64,000 nucleotides of DNA from an uncultured Planctomycetota bacterium (GTDB lineage Bacteria > Planctomycetota > Planctomycetia > Isosphaerales > Isosphaeraceae). The notes below the pieces were generated by a model. That model did no database searches. It saw nothing but the letters and a program-made list of their open reading frames with translations, and was not told the DNA's origin. A program made the translations under genes and the position numbers. The DNA is taken from positions 128,001 through 192,000 of the forward strand of contig CAWJTV010000041.1 in assembly GCA_963845755.1 (NCBI GenBank), read 5' to 3'. Positions 52,674-64,000 of this stretch are shown here, piece by piece. Every line of letters starts with the position of its first letter. Position 1 is the first letter of the stretch.

Positions 52674-54424
52674 TCAAGGGATCGTAGATTTCGCTCCCGT
52701 CGCTCCCTTTGTCCGGCTGGCACCGGCACCGGATTTCGGGGAGGAGACGGCCGGGACAGGCGGCGTTCCCTTGGACTCGTCGTCGTAAAACACCTCGCAG
52801 AGCTTGCCGAGGACGCGGCCGGCCTCGGTGGTCGCTTCGGAAATCGATCGTCCGACTCGCGGTGCGTCGAGCGGCACGTTGTTGACGAACGCGGCAAAGA
52901 TCAAGTGGCGACCCGACGAGGTCTCCAGGTAGCCAGCCAGCGCCTTGCTGGTCAGAACAACGGTGCCGTCGAGCCCGTTCTCGACGGAGTACGTTCCGGT
53001 CTTGGCGCGCGCGTGTCCGCGGGCGGGGCTGTCGGCGGCGACGGCCTTGGCCAGCGTCCCGTCGCGGCCCAGGATCGGCAAGGCCGCTTCGAAGGCGGAG
53101 AACTCGGCCCGGGCGGCCATGGCGCGGAGTAAGCTCACGGTCGCGCGCGGCGTGGCCAGGTCGGCGCGATCGCCACCGGCTCCGCCCCCGAAGGAGGCCT
53201 CTCGCGGGGCAATCCCCAGTTTTTGCAGCACCGCACCCTGGCGCTTCAGGCCCTCCTCCAGGGTTCGCTCGCCGTGATGGGCCGCCAGTAGCAAGGGTAA
53301 CGTGCTGGCGTGCAGGTTGTGGCTGACCTTCAGGATCACCCGGATGTACTCGCGGAACGGCGGCGAGGTGTATTCTGCCACCTTGGGAAGTTTGGCAACC
53401 TCACTCCGACTCGGCAGTCCCTCGGTCCTGTTCGAGCCCAACGGCGAGGCCGCGACACGGATGCCACGCCGTCGCATCGCCTCGATCAACAGCGCCCGCG
53501 CGAACGAGGACGGCTCCTCGACCTCATAGATCTTGACCACCCGAGCATGGCCAACCGGCAACCTTCCGCGCACCCGTGAACCGGCGGGGGCCTACCGAGT
53601 GAATAGCCAGCTCCGCGGCCTGGTCTGCCGGGACCGTCGCGACCTGCGCGTCCATCGTCACGAACGCCGTCGAACGGCAGATACGTGACCCGCCCCGGCT
53701 CCCCGGCTTTCGCGGCGGGTTCGGCCAGGACATCGATCACGTTGTCGTTGACCAGGATCGGACCGATCCGCCGGGGTCCGCTCCCGGTCGCCATCGCGGG
53801 TGCGAACAGCCGGTCGTCCACGATCACGTCGCCGGTGATCTCCTGGATCCCCGCGGCCTGCACTTCGCGAGCGAGATGCTTCAGTCCCGCAAGCGGATCC
53901 GTCGGAACGATCTCGCTGCGAAGGTTGCCGGCCGCGTAAGTGTGGTCCTCATCCTTGAAGACGAGCGTGCCGTCGGGACCGGTTCGGCCCCCGAGGCACA
54001 GGTCGCCTTGCGCGATCAGGATAATGTCGCCGTGCAACGTCCCTTTGACGTCCAGCTCGCCGTGGCGGACCAGTGGCGTCTGGAACCGGTGATTCGACCC
54101 CAGTTCGACCAGCGCGGCCGACGTACTGAAGAGCTTCGTGACCGACGCCGGAGCGAAGAGTTGGTCGGCATTTCGCTCGTAGACCGTCTCGCCGGTCTTG
54201 CCGTCGACCACCAGGATGCCCCAGTGTCCCTCCTGGTAGCCCCGTGTCTGGAGGACCGCCTGGACCCGACGCGACAGGGAATCATGGGCCGAGGTCGACG
54301 GCGGTTCGCTCCCTCTCAGCGGTACGGCCAGCGCGACGCACCATCCCAGCACGAGCATCCCACCCACTCGGACCCGGCGGGTATGACGCCACCCCCCAGC
54401 CTCGCGTCGATCTTGGTGGTCCAT
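52674..54424 (-). CDS. dacB: D-alanyl-D-alanine carboxypeptidase/endopeptidase (peptidase S13, PBP4); frameshifts near 53680 and 53570
   Basis: PASVTK (SxxK), KVSHN (SxN), GRDGTL and AKTGT (KTG). Confidence 0.88.
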
Positions 54425-54493
54425 CAGGGATCCCCAAATCCGGATTCCGCCCGATGCAGATCGTGCCGCCCTCTTGGGGCGCCCTGTCACCTG

Positions 54494-55265
54494 TCAATGG
54501 CCATGTCCGCCGGCCGAGGAACCTCCATCGGCCTCGAGACTGCCGGTGAGCATGGCGTGCTTGACTTCCTGGATCGCCCGGGTCACGTGGATCTCGCGGG
54601 GGCACGCGCTGGTGCAGTTGAAGACGGTGCGGCAGCGCCAGACGCCCTCGGCGTCGTTGAGGATCTCGAGCCGGTCCGCGGCCGCCTGATCGCGCGAGTC
54701 GAAGATGAACCGGTGGGCGTTGACGATCGCCGCCGGGCCCACGTAGCGCTCGTTCCCCCAGAATGGCGGGCAGGCGGTCGTGCAGCAGGCGCAGAGGATG
54801 CACTTGGTCGTGTCGTCGAACCGCGCGCGCTTGCTCGGGCGACTGAAGCCGCTCGGTGGTCGGCGGCGGATCGTCGTTGACCAGGTAGGGCATGACCGAC
54901 TTGTAATGATCGAAGAACGGCTTCATGTCAACGATCAGGTCCTTGATCACCGGCAGGCCGAGGATCGGCTCGACGGTCATGACGTCGGAAGCCAGCGAAC
55001 GGACCAGGGTCTTGCAGGCCAGGAGGTTCGAACCGTTGATTCGCATGGCGTCGGAGCCGCAGACCCCGTGCGCGCACGACCGACGCAGGCCCAGCGAATC
55101 GTCCTGGTTGTCCTTGATCCGCAAGAGCACGTCGAGGACGCGGTCCATCGGATCGGCGGACAACTTGAACTCCTGCCAGCGCGGAGGGTCGTCGCGCTCG
55201 GGATCATACCGCTTGATCCGGACCGTCAGGTTCCGCAACGCGTGGTCGGTCGTTGTTGGGCTCAT
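54494..55265 (-). CDS. sdhB: Succinate dehydrogenase Fe-S subunit; frameshift near 54825
   Basis: RRSCAHGVCGSDAMRING..LAC, KCILCACCTTACP (alternate frame) and WRCRTVFNCTSACP. Confidence 0.95.
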
Positions 55266-55564
55266 GAGGGATTACCAGCCTTTTCTGCGGTCGGTTCGTC
55301 CGCTTCGGCATACGCCGCCATCTCCGCCGGGGTGTTGGTGAAGAGGAACTCAATCCATCTGTGGTCTTCCTCGTCGAGGGTGTCGTAGACCCGTCCCCAG
55401 ACGAGTTCTTGCCGTTCCCAGTCTTCCATTCCCTCAAACGTTGTGGAGATGATGTTCCCCAGGTATCGGTAAGGATCGCCCTCCTTGACTTGGACTTCGA
55501 GCGATTCCAGATGTCCTTCCATGCTGCGGGTCAGTAATTCCTTGTAATGTTCGAGTTCATTCAT
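55262..55564 (-). CDS. BolA-like small acidic protein
   Basis: IISTTFEGMEDWERQELVWGRVYDTL...IEFLFTNTPAE resembles the BolA SxxFEG...R..V..L...TP.E pattern. It has a GGAGG RBS and an ATGA overlap with sdhB. Confidence 0.65.
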   Translation of the reverse strand: MNELEHYKELLTRSMEGHLESLEVQVKEGDPYRYLGNIISTTFEGMEDWERQELVWGRVYDTLDEEDHRWIEFLFTNTPAEMAAYAEADEPTAEKAGNPS

Positions 55565-55574
55565 GGCTTCCTCC

Positions 55575-56210
55575 TCAGGGCGGTGGGAGATTCCTAACTT
55601 CAGCCAACAATTCATTCCCGAACCGGCGGACGATGCTGCTCCATCTCTCGATCGTCGCCTTGCCTATCGAGAGGGCCATGTGGTGCCCTCGCCCCGAAAC
55701 GTCGTTTCTGTCCAGACGGTGGGCAATCTGGTGTCGTCGCGACATGAGTGCCCTCAACGGCTTGGCATAGGAGCTCATCAACCGTTCTTTCGTCTTCTGG
55801 GTCAGGCCAACCTGCCCCAGAAGTTTGGCGATGTCCTCGGGATTATTGTAACTCGACCTGTTGAGGTAGGCGATCACCGACTTTGAGATGATGTATTCCA
55901 CGGGGCGATCTCGGTGCGCCGCCAGGTCGCCCAGGGTCAGGGTCGTCCTCCGGCCATCTCCTCCAACGAAGGGGATTTGCGACAAGACTTCGGTGCTCGC
56001 CGCGGGGAGTCTCCACTCGGCCAGATTCCGGAGTAGGTCTTCGAGAGAAGCATGGAGGAAGATCACCGCCGTTCGAAGCAATTCCGCTTCCTGGACGCTG
56101 GGCCGTCCCGAAGTTAAGCCGGTCACCCGGTCGTACAAATCAACCAAGCTCCTGACACGATCCAGGTTCTCGCGGAATCGGCCTTCCAGGGCGACCAAGA
56201 GGTCTTCCAT
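55575..56210 (-). CDS. HEPN-domain protein (RiboL-PSP/MAE_28990-like), putative RNase
   Basis: All-helical 211 aa with ELLRTAVIFLHASLEDLLR and an RxxxxH motif, RHQIAH. Confidence 0.78.
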   Translation of the reverse strand: MEDLLVALEGRFRENLDRVRSLVDLYDRVTGLTSGRPSVQEAELLRTAVIFLHASLEDLLRNLAEWRLPAASTEVLSQIPFVGGDGRRTTLTLGDLAAHRDRPVEYIISKSVIAYLNRSSYNNPEDIAKLLGQVGLTQKTKERLMSSYAKPLRALMSRRHQIAHRLDRNDVSGRGHHMALSIGKATIERWSSIVRRFGNELLAEVRNLPPP

Positions 56211-56259
56211 GTCCCTGTCCCATGTCGAGCGATCTCGAACCGCCCGGAACCCTGCGAAT

Positions 56260-58117
56260 TCAATACTTCCGGATCTCCAGCGGATACTTGGGAACGCGCC
56301 GGCCGTCCTTATCGATCATGATGACGTCAACATCTTTGTAAACCACGCTGGTCTGGTTCACGCCGGCGGTGTAGACGAAAGAGTGCTTGAAGAACTCATC
56401 GTCGTTGCGATTGGGGAAATCCTCGCGAGAGTGGGCGCCACGGCTTTCGGTCCGGGCCAGCGCGGCGGCCACGGTCGCCTCGGAGAGGTCGAGGAGATTG
56501 CCCAATTCGAGGATCTCGAGCAAGTTGGTGTTGAAGACTGAGCCCTTGTCCTGCACGCCGAGGTTGCGGTATCGGTCCTTCATGGAGGCGATGTCGTCGC
56601 GGGCGCGGGTCAAGGTCTCGGCGGTCCGGTAGACACCGCAGTTGTCCATCATGGTGGTCTGCATCTCGTCGCGGATCCTGGCCCAGGGCTCGGTCTTCGG
56701 GCGGGAGAGCAGGCCGTCGATCTCGGCCTTCGCGGCGGTTTCGGGGTTGGAGGGGAGGTGCTCGAATTCGCAACGGCTTGCGTACTCGGCCATCGCCCTG
56801 CCGGTGCGACGGCCGTAGACCACCAGGTCGACGAGGCTGTTGGTGCCCAGGCGGTTGGCCCCGTGGACGCTCAGGCAGGCGCTCTCTCCCGCCGAGTACA
56901 GACCGGGTACCACCGAGCCGGAGACGTCGCGGAGGATCTGGCCGTGGAGGTTGGTCGGCAGGCCCCCCATCGCAGTAATGCGCCGTCGGCTGGATCGGCA
57001 TCGGCTCACGGATCGGGTCCACACCCAGATAAGTCCGGGCGAACTCGATGATGTCGGGCAGCCGCGACTCGACCCAGGCGCTATCCACGTCGCGGTCCGG
57101 GTGCAGCGGGCTCGTCTTGTACTTGTTCATCGTCTCGGCGCGGATGTCCAGATAGACGTAATCCTTGCCGTTGACGCCCCGGCCGGCGCGGACTTCCTGG
57201 TAGATCGAGCGGGAGCACACGTCTCGGCTCGCCAGGTCCTTGAGGTTCGGGGCATAACGCTCCATGAACCGCTCGCCCTGGCCGTTGAACATGATCCCGC
57301 CATCGCCGCGGCAGGCCTCGCTCAGGAGGATGCCCAGCCGGTAGATGCCCGTCGGATGGAACTGGTAGAACTCCATGTCCTCGAGCGGCAGGCCATGGCG
57401 GTAAGCGATCGCCGGCCCGTCGCCCGTCAGGGCATAGGCGTTGGACGAGACCTTGAACATCCGGCCGAACCCGCCGGTGGCCAGGAGCACGCTCTTGGCG
57501 TGGAAAACGTGGAGCTGGCCGGTGGCGATCTCCAGCGCGACGATGCCGCGGCATTCGCCGTCCTGGAGGATCAGGTCGACCATATGGTACTCGTCGAAGA
57601 AGGTCACCCCCTGCTTGATGCATTGCTGATAGAGGGTCTGAAGGATCATGTGTCCGGTCCGGTCGGCCGAGTGGCAGGACCGCATGACCGGGATTCGCGG
57701 CTTGGCAGCCTCGGTACCCGCCGGCGCCGTTGGGTCGTATTTCGGGTTGGGCTTGGTGTGGCCGCCGAACCGGCGCTGCGAGATCCGGCCCTCGGCCGTG
57801 CGGTCGAATGGCAGGCCCATGTGCTCCAGGTCGTAGATGCACTCGACCGCCTCTCGGCAGAGGATCTCGGCGGCGGTCTGGTCGACCAGGAAGTCGCCTC
57901 CCTTGATCGTATCGTAGGCGTGGTTCTCCCACGAGTCGTTCTCGAGGTTGGCGAGCGCCGCGGCGATCCCTCCCTGCGCCGCCCCGGTGTGCGACCGTGT
58001 GGGATAGAGCTTGCTCACCACCGCCGTGCCCACGCGCCGGCTCGACTCCAGGGCCGCCATCAGGCCCGCCCCGCCGGCCCCCACGATCACGCAATCAAAT
58101 CGATGGTAATTGTTCAT
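56260..58117 (-). CDS. sdhA: Succinate dehydrogenase flavoprotein subunit; frameshift near 56975
   Basis: [17 protein letters not shown] (FAD-His), [33 protein letters not shown] and RTESRGAH. Confidence 0.96.
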
Positions 58118-58185
58118 GGTGCCTGAACTCGAGCAAGAGTCACGGAACTCGACCCGCGCGGCGAACCCGGCGGCCGGCGCCTCAC

Positions 58186-58746
58186 TCACGGCGCCGGGAC
58201 CGTTGCCAACCCGGTCGCCGGCAGGGGCGCGGGCATCGCCGATGGGGGCGACGCCACGGCCGGTCGCTGAACCAGCTCCCCATGACGATTGGCCCGTCTC
58301 TGGTTGATGTAGCCCTGGTCCTTCTCGAACATCAAGATCGCATAGGTGCCGATCGTCATCAGGAAGATCGCCCCGCACCAGATCAAGGTGCGCGTCAGCA
58401 CCCGCCGGCCGGGGCGGATTACGTACTCATCCAGCACCTGGCGCAAGCCGTTGCCGCCGTGGAGGACCGCCAGGTTGATCATCGTCAGGTCCCAGAGCCG
58501 CCAGAAGACGCCCGTGGTCGGATCGCCCCACCGGCCGGCTACGAACTCGTAATTGACGTTCTCCACATTGTTGAGGATGTGGGTGATCAGCAAGTGCCCC
58601 AGCGCCAGGAACACGAGGACCAGGCCCGAGATCCGCATGAAGAACCACGCCGCCAGTTCGAAACCGCCCGCCGGCTTGAGATGCCTTTTCATCGTCGTCA
58701 ACCTTCCCGCCCCATGTCGTGTCGAATGCCTTGCGAGGAGCGTCAT
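58186..58746 (-). CDS. sdhD: Succinate dehydrogenase hydrophobic membrane anchor
   Basis: [19 protein letters not shown] and [17 protein letters not shown]. The start is 58692 or 58746. Confidence 0.88.
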   Translation of the reverse strand: MTLLARHSTRHGAGRLTTMKRHLKPAGGFELAAWFFMRISGLVLVFLALGHLLITHILNNVENVNYEFVAGRWGDPTTGVFWRLWDLTMINLAVLHGGNGLRQVLDEYVIRPGRRVLTRTLIWCGAIFLMTIGTYAILMFEKDQGYINQRRANRHGELVQRPAVASPPSAMPAPLPATGLATVPAP

Positions 58747-58780
58747 CCCCGTTTTCCCGAAACGTCTACTATCGAACGCG

Positions 58781-59284
58781 TTAACGGATCAGGTGCCCCG
58801 GCGGTTCGGCCAGTGCGGCCAGCACGACAAAGGTCACGGGGAGCATGATCGCCGCGAACACCCCCATCGCGATCCAAAAGGCCACCTTCTGGTTGTCCGC
58901 CGTCTTGGGCCAGAAGTCGAAGAGCACGATCCGTACGCCGTTGACGGCGTGGAATAACACACAGGCGATCAAGGCCAGCTCGCCTGCGCGAAAGCCCCAG
59001 CGGAGGATCGGGTAGTAGCCATTAATTCCCCAGATCTCTGGGAGGCCCGAGACGACCCCACCATAGATGTCAACCGTGTGATCATAGACGCCGGGCCAGG
59101 CCACCACCAGGAACGTGTCGATGATGTGAACGATCAGAAAGAGTAGGATTCCGAGCCCCGTCACGCGGTGAATCAGCCAGGCCCACTGGCCGACCCCGCC
59201 GCCGTAGCGCAGACCTTCGAGGAAACGAGACCAGGCGCCGCGGTGGTAAACTCGCGGACTCCGGAGCGTCGGTGATCGCGACAT
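58781..59284 (-). CDS. sdhC: Succinate dehydrogenase cytochrome b556 subunit
   Basis: WLIHRVTGLGILLFLIVHIID and FHAVNGVRIVLFDFW. Confidence 0.92.
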   Translation of the reverse strand: MSRSPTLRSPRVYHRGAWSRFLEGLRYGGGVGQWAWLIHRVTGLGILLFLIVHIIDTFLVVAWPGVYDHTVDIYGGVVSGLPEIWGINGYYPILRWGFRAGELALIACVLFHAVNGVRIVLFDFWPKTADNQKVAFWIAMGVFAAIMLPVTFVVLAALAEPPGHLIR

Positions 59285-59785
59285 TGCATCGGGATCCTGG
59301 GAATGAAGGAGGTCGATCGGGGAGGGTACCGGATGGAGTCATCGCCGCGATGTCGTCGCAACAGCCGCCCAAGAACACGCCGCCTCCTTGAGGGACATTC
59401 TGGTGCGGACCTGCCACGAAACCGACGCCTCGCACGCAGCGATCCGAATCGCTCCACCGGTGTGGGTTGAGCACAGCCAAGCTCAACTCGGTATGCCTGA
59501 GCCTTTGTAGAGCGAACAAAGCGCGGAATCAAGGGGGGAGCGGGGCAAAAGATTCCCCGCGGTCGAAGATCGCGGTCCTTCGACCGTCAATTCCGCAAGC
59601 CGGATGAGCCCGAAACCAGGAGAAATGAGGGCTCTGGGTGCCGGCGATTGAGTCCGTCGGCGAACGCGCGGCAGCGGGAAGTGAGATCACTCCCGAATCA
59701 GCCTTCGTCCGGTCATGGGCCAGTCTGAACGAGACTCGATCGTCTCGCCTCTCCTGTGGAGAAAAAAGCTGGCCGACAACCCCGT

Positions 59786-60151
59786 TTACCGAGCGAGTTG
59801 GAGACGGGTGGCGGACATGAAGCCATTGTACGACGGCCGCCCCACCGCGAGGACCGGGCTGCCATGACACAGGTTTTCACTCAGATCCTCCAACCAGATC
59901 CGATCGGGGACCAGCGACGATTCGGCTTCCACGATCACCAGATCTTTCGGACGACCGCGCGGCGCCACCTGCAACACCAGGCGACCCCCCAACGATGCCG
60001 GATCCGACGACTCAACCCATGAGTCCACGATCGCGCCTGTGATGACCATCTCGGATTCCATCCTGATATTCTCCTCTTGCCCGAGCGGTTTTTGGACAAC
60101 CCGCGTATGCATCTCTACCTCGTCCCTCTGTTGATCGTGCACATCCATCAT
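59786..60151 (-). CDS. Hypothetical protein (possible OB-fold)
   Basis: Beta-rich ~120 aa: VITGAIVDSW...LVLQV...LVIVE...VLAVGR...ATRLQL. Confidence 0.55.
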   Translation of the reverse strand: MMDVHDQQRDEVEMHTRVVQKPLGQEENIRMESEMVITGAIVDSWVESSDPASLGGRLVLQVAPRGRPKDLVIVEAESSLVPDRIWLEDLSENLCHGSPVLAVGRPSYNGFMSATRLQLAR

Positions 60152-60664
60152 AGCAGTCAAGAAACTGAGGTCAAGGGATCCTGGAGAAAAATTTCCTTGC
60201 GGAATTCATGGTGATCCCCGTCTTGAGAGCAGTCGATGAGAGCGAGATGATCCACTACGAAATTCGTAATTGGGATCCGCCTCGCGACAATTAGTCTCGC
60301 TCCACCACAATTCAGCCCATTGGAACCGAGTGCCTTTCCGTTCATCGCCAGTGACACAGCCAGATTATTAAGGCAGTGAGCGACATCAAGGTCGGAATCC
60401 CGATAAAGAATCCGGAGCCAGCTCAATGGAAGTCCTAAACTCGCGATGATCGAAACGGCCAGTGGTTCCTGCGATTAGGTCCAAGACGCAATTCACATGG
60501 GAAAAATCCCCGCCAAACGCCTAGGAAAGCGGATCTTAGCATTCTCGGTAAACACGCATCAAGGAGGTAGGCATTTCGTTTCGAAATTTATGGCAGAATT
60601 CGAAAGAGAGGACCTCGAGTTCAAGTCGAATTAAGGGAAGTACTTGAGGACAATACGTCAGACT

Positions 60665-61723
60665 TCACAACAATGTTGAGTTGACGTGGAGGCGATCGGC
60701 GAGGTCGACCAACTTGGCCCAATGTTGATCATCCAGGGGAATCCCGTGGGCGTTCCGGTCCTTCAGGATATGGCGCTCGGGGTCTCCAGGAAGGAGGATG
60801 GCCTCGTGGTCATGCGTTCGTGGGGTCGTGCGGATGGACTCGGCCAGGCCCGAGGCCTGGTCCGTCAGGTAGTCACTTCCGGCAAACCGAGCTGGATCCA
60901 TGACGAGGAAGAAGACATTATTGCCGGGGACTCTCCGATGCATCGCATGACTGCAAGGGCCGCCGGAGAGGCCACCCGCCCAGAGGTCGAGGATCAGGCT
61001 CAGGCCGAATCCTTTGTAGGACTGGGCACCACCGAGGGGCAGGATCATCCCCAGTGGTGGCTCATACAGAACGGACGGATCGGTGGTAGGCTCGCCGCGG
61101 TGGTCCAGGAGCCATCCCTCGGGCACGGGGTGTTTCCTGATGTAATAGCCCCGGACCTTCCCCTCGGCGACGACGCTGGTCCCGAAGTCGACCACGATCG
61201 GCGCGTCGCGATCGGAGGTCGGCACAGCCGAGCAGAAGGGGTTCGTGCTGAGTCGGGGCTCGCGCCCTCCCCGGCGGGGCCACGCGCTTTGCGGCACCGC
61301 CGTTATTGACCGTCGCCATCAACACGAGCCCCAGCCCGGCGGCGCGCTCGGCATATTCGCCCAGCCGGCCGATGTGTCCGCAGTCCCGGGCCGCCCCGAC
61401 GGCGACCCCCAGCGCCCGAGCCTTGGGGATTACCAGGTCCAGCAGCCGGTGCGCCTGGATTTGCCCCAGGCCCCATTGACCGTCGCAAACCACCAGCGCA
61501 GGCGTCTCCTGCAAGATCTCGAGAGCCACGCCAGGGCGGTATTCGCCACGCTGGATGAACTCGACATACTGGGGAAGCCGCATCACCCCGTGCGAATCGT
61601 GACCCCGCAGGTTCGCCCCGACCAGGCTGCTTGCCACCACCAGCGACTCGTCGGGCGGAACACCGGCGGCAGTCAGCAGGTCGCTGGCAAACCCCGTCAA
61701 CACCGGGCGCTGATCGTTCGCAA
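60665..61723 (-). CDS. Ldh_2 family (type 2 malate/L-lactate dehydrogenase-like) oxidoreductase; frameshifts near 61705 and 61275
   Basis: ANLRGHDSHGVMRLPQY, GHIGRLGEYAE, LSTNP, DFGTSVVAEGK, YKGFGL and LLPGDPE. Confidence 0.9.
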
Positions 61724-62406
61724 GGGGGGACTCCCTATTCTGTGGGCCGTGACGCGTCGGCGGTTCGCGCTGGTCCGGGAAGGAAGACTTCCAACATGAG
61801 GATTCTCCGCATCTCGTATCCTTCGGGAAATTCCCTTCGATTTTGATCGCTCGATCATCCGGTTGCAATCGCCCACCCGAACTTGATTGATCCGAGCCTT
61901 CTTTGATGAGGTAGTCACGGTTACTCGCCAGAATAGGCTGTAATGTCCTGCAAGGATCCTCAGGGCAGGAGTGATCCCTCACGGCGAGTCCTGTATGGCG
62001 TCAAGTTGTTCGTACATAAGACGTTCCGTCTCGACCCCAAGCTCTTTAAGGAGATGAGACGAGAAGTGATTCGGGCGGCGATTTCAAGAAATCCGTCACG
62101 GTTTTTTGGGGACCGCGTCAATCATTCCAGGGGTCTACTGCGTCTATCTCTTGAGGGTGTTCCTCCACCGGATCGCGACACCATGCGCGCCTCTGGGGGA
62201 TTTGCGATGCCGGATTCGAGATGGCCGACGGGGAAGATTGGGCGATTGGGAATCTGGAATTTCGCAACCTTATGGAATTGCAGCCGAAGACCACATCAGG
62301 AAGGACGATAATTCGGTACGTGCTTCGCGACGGATTGCCCTGATACCGGCTTGAGCCTCCGCCCGGGTGGCGTATATCGGAACAGAGATCGAGGACGAAT
62401 TCAACG

Positions 62407-62985
62407 ATGGCAACCAGGGAATTGCTCATGGAGTCCAGCTTGGCGGGAGAGCCTGGTGACCTGCATGGGTTGCGACTCGACCTGTTGCGGCGCGCTGTGG
62501 AAATCTACCTTGAGGTGGCCTACCCCGCTGGGGTGCTCCCCGAAGCGGTGCAGCGCCGGCTAAACTGGCGCGCGGACTGCGCGGCCGACGACCTTCTGAA
62601 CGGTCCTCAATTCGAGCGGGCCGGCAAGGCACCCGGTCGCCAGACGGCCATCTACGCGCTGCGGCTGGGGAATCACCGTTATCCTCACATGAAGCTACAG
62701 ATCCAGCCATGGCCCACCGAGGCGGGCTTCATGCTGTCGGTCAACACCCACGATCAGGTCGCCGGGGTCAATCTCAGCGAGGTGGATGCCCAGGCGTTCC
62801 GCGACCTCCAGGCCGAGAACCAGCGCCTCAAGGAAGCCATCGAACGAGAGTGGGACGAGGCCGGCCTACCGACGTTCAACCGCTACCTCCGCGATTACAT
62901 CGAGAGCCGGAGAGATGACGGAGCGGTTTCCGGCCGAGAGGATCAGCCCAAGAACGGGTCGGACGCGACCTCATCGCCACCATGA
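62407..62985 (+). CDS. Conserved hypothetical protein
   Basis: RRAVEIYLEVAYP, YALRLGNHRYPHMKL, SVNTHD and WDEAGLPTF; high-GC3 codon usage. Confidence 0.75.
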   Translation: MATRELLMESSLAGEPGDLHGLRLDLLRRAVEIYLEVAYPAGVLPEAVQRRLNWRADCAADDLLNGPQFERAGKAPGRQTAIYALRLGNHRYPHMKLQIQPWPTEAGFMLSVNTHDQVAGVNLSEVDAQAFRDLQAENQRLKEAIEREWDEAGLPTFNRYLRDYIESRRDDGAVSGREDQPKNGSDATSSPP

Positions 62986-63154
62986 CGCGGGTGGACGAAT
63001 AGTTGACACCACCCAGCCTCTGGACGGCAGTATCGCATCTGACACTCTCGAGGCATGGCGAAGAAGGCGATTCCCTTGATCCCGCCGACCTGCAGTCACG
63101 GGAGTCGCGTCCCACAAGAGATCATTGGATGAGATTCTCGAATCGCTGTTGGTT

Positions 63155-63245
63155 CTCAGCGGCGCTCGAGCATGAGGCGCTGGCCGAGGGCGTCGGCCTG
63201 AACCAGTTGGTCGTGACCAAGTTGCCCATCGGCCTCGGAGTTTGA
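63155..63245 (+). pseudogene. HicB-type ribbon-helix-helix antitoxin fragment
   Basis: AALEHEALAEGVGLNQLVVTKL matches the HicB C-terminal xxxEAxxEGVSLNQ motif; the N-terminus is absent. Confidence 0.5.
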
Positions 63246-63313
63246 CCGGACTGGCCCCTGGGGAGCAAATGGTCACACATCTTGAGGCCCGGGATTCCGA
63301 GGTGCCGATCTGA

Positions 63314-64000
63314 CTATCGTTGCACAGCGTTGGGCGGATCCGTGTCCGAGACCCCCTCGACGGCCGAGGAGCGTGGCAGGAGGAGCGAGAACGTCGAGCC
63401 CTCTCCGGGTGTGCTGTTGACGTCGACGCGGCCGCCATGCAGCTCCACGAAGGTCTTGACCAGCCAGAGTCCCAGGCCGATGCCCCGCTTGCGATACTGA
63501 TACTCGCCCGAGGAATGGCGGAGGGTATCGAAACTGGTGAAGAACGGCTCGAAAAGGTATTGCTGATCCGCGGGAGGCACGCCCACGCCCTCGTCGCGGA
63601 TGTGCACCCGGACCCAGTCCGGCTCGGCGTGGGCGCCGATCCGGATCGTGCCTCCGTCCGGTGTGAACTTGATGGCGTTGGCCAGGAGGTTGACCAGCGC
63701 ATCGCTGAGCTTGTCCCGATCGGCTTCAATCGGGTCCATATCCGGCTCGACCTCCAGGACCACCGATTGACCCCGAAGCTCCAGATAGGGAGTCAGCTCG
63801 TCGATCGTGCCCCGCAACAGGGGCTCGATCGCGACGGGCTCCCGTTCGACAGAGCGGCCGAACTCCCCGTTCCGCACCAACTTGAGCATGCGCTCGACCG
63901 TCCGGGCCAGCCGCTGGGCCGCTGCGCCGATGCGGTCGACCCATTGCCGTTGCCCGGTCGCCGCGTCGGGAGCCAGGGACATCTTCCACAACTCGATCAT
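63314..64000 (-). CDS. Sensor histidine kinase, C-terminal part (runs off window)
   Basis: N box NLLANAIKFT, G1 DEGVG, F box LFEPFF, G2 GIGLGL and GEGSTF. Confidence 0.93.
   Translation of the reverse strand: MIELWKMSLAPDAATGQRQWVDRIGAAAQRLARTVERMLKLVRNGEFGRSVEREPVAIEPLLRGTIDELTPYLELRGQSVVLEVEPDMDPIEADRDKLSDALVNLLANAIKFTPDGGTIRIGAHAEPDWVRVHIRDEGVGVPPADQQYLFEPFFTSFDTLRHSSGEYQYRKRGIGLGLWLVKTFVELHGGRVDVNSTPGEGSTFSLLLPRSSAVEGVSDTDPPNAVQR

Noticed and set aside
59285..59780. Riboswitch in the sdhC leader
   Set aside because: Only a short hairpin (GGGTTGAGC/GCTCAACTC) is visible, with no known aptamer consensus.
60157..60660. AT-rich stretch with a TPR-like fragment (DLDVAHCLNNLAVSL)
   Set aside because: It is too short and degraded to call a gene; probably a remnant with no further structure visible.
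90..61723. About 20 frameshifted genes as pseudogenes or programmed frameshifts
   Set aside because: They affect core genes (sdhA, sdhB, dacB), are single-base shifts often in G/C runs, and leave motifs intact with no shared slippery signal. Long-read indel error is the simplest explanation; read polishing would confirm it.

Overview
High-GC bacterial chromosomal segment, very likely from a planctomycete of the Isosphaeraceae type. This is inferred from three DUF1549/DUF1553-DUF1501 modules, ECF sigma-Ser/Thr kinase pairs, a DUF4058 gene and characteristic REP-like repeats. About 20 single-base frameshifts split otherwise intact genes, including sdhA and sdhB, and are most likely long-read assembly errors. 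The core content is an sdhCDAB operon, RNase P RNA (rnpB), dacB, an rbsD-like gene, a comEA-like gene, several Tat-exported enzymes, an MFS transporter, a di-heme DUF1111 protein and an ECF sigma-RND adaptor fusion. The most notable observations are: (1) a HEPN (RxxxxH) plus BolA-like gene pair embedded between sdhA and sdhB and translationally coupled to sdhB; (2) a coupled GT2 / BshC-WbqC-like / Eis-like GNAT cluster; (3) a layered mobile-DNA landscape, with an IS4-family element inserted into a REP hairpin (12-bp TSD), a three-layer nested MITE-REP-MITE, a REP-carrying MITE and a 150-bp rod-shaped MITE with an 8-bp TSD; (4) a collapsed ECF-kinase-WD40 locus whose kinase gene was deleted. 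All family assignments come from motif recognition by eye, not from database searches.
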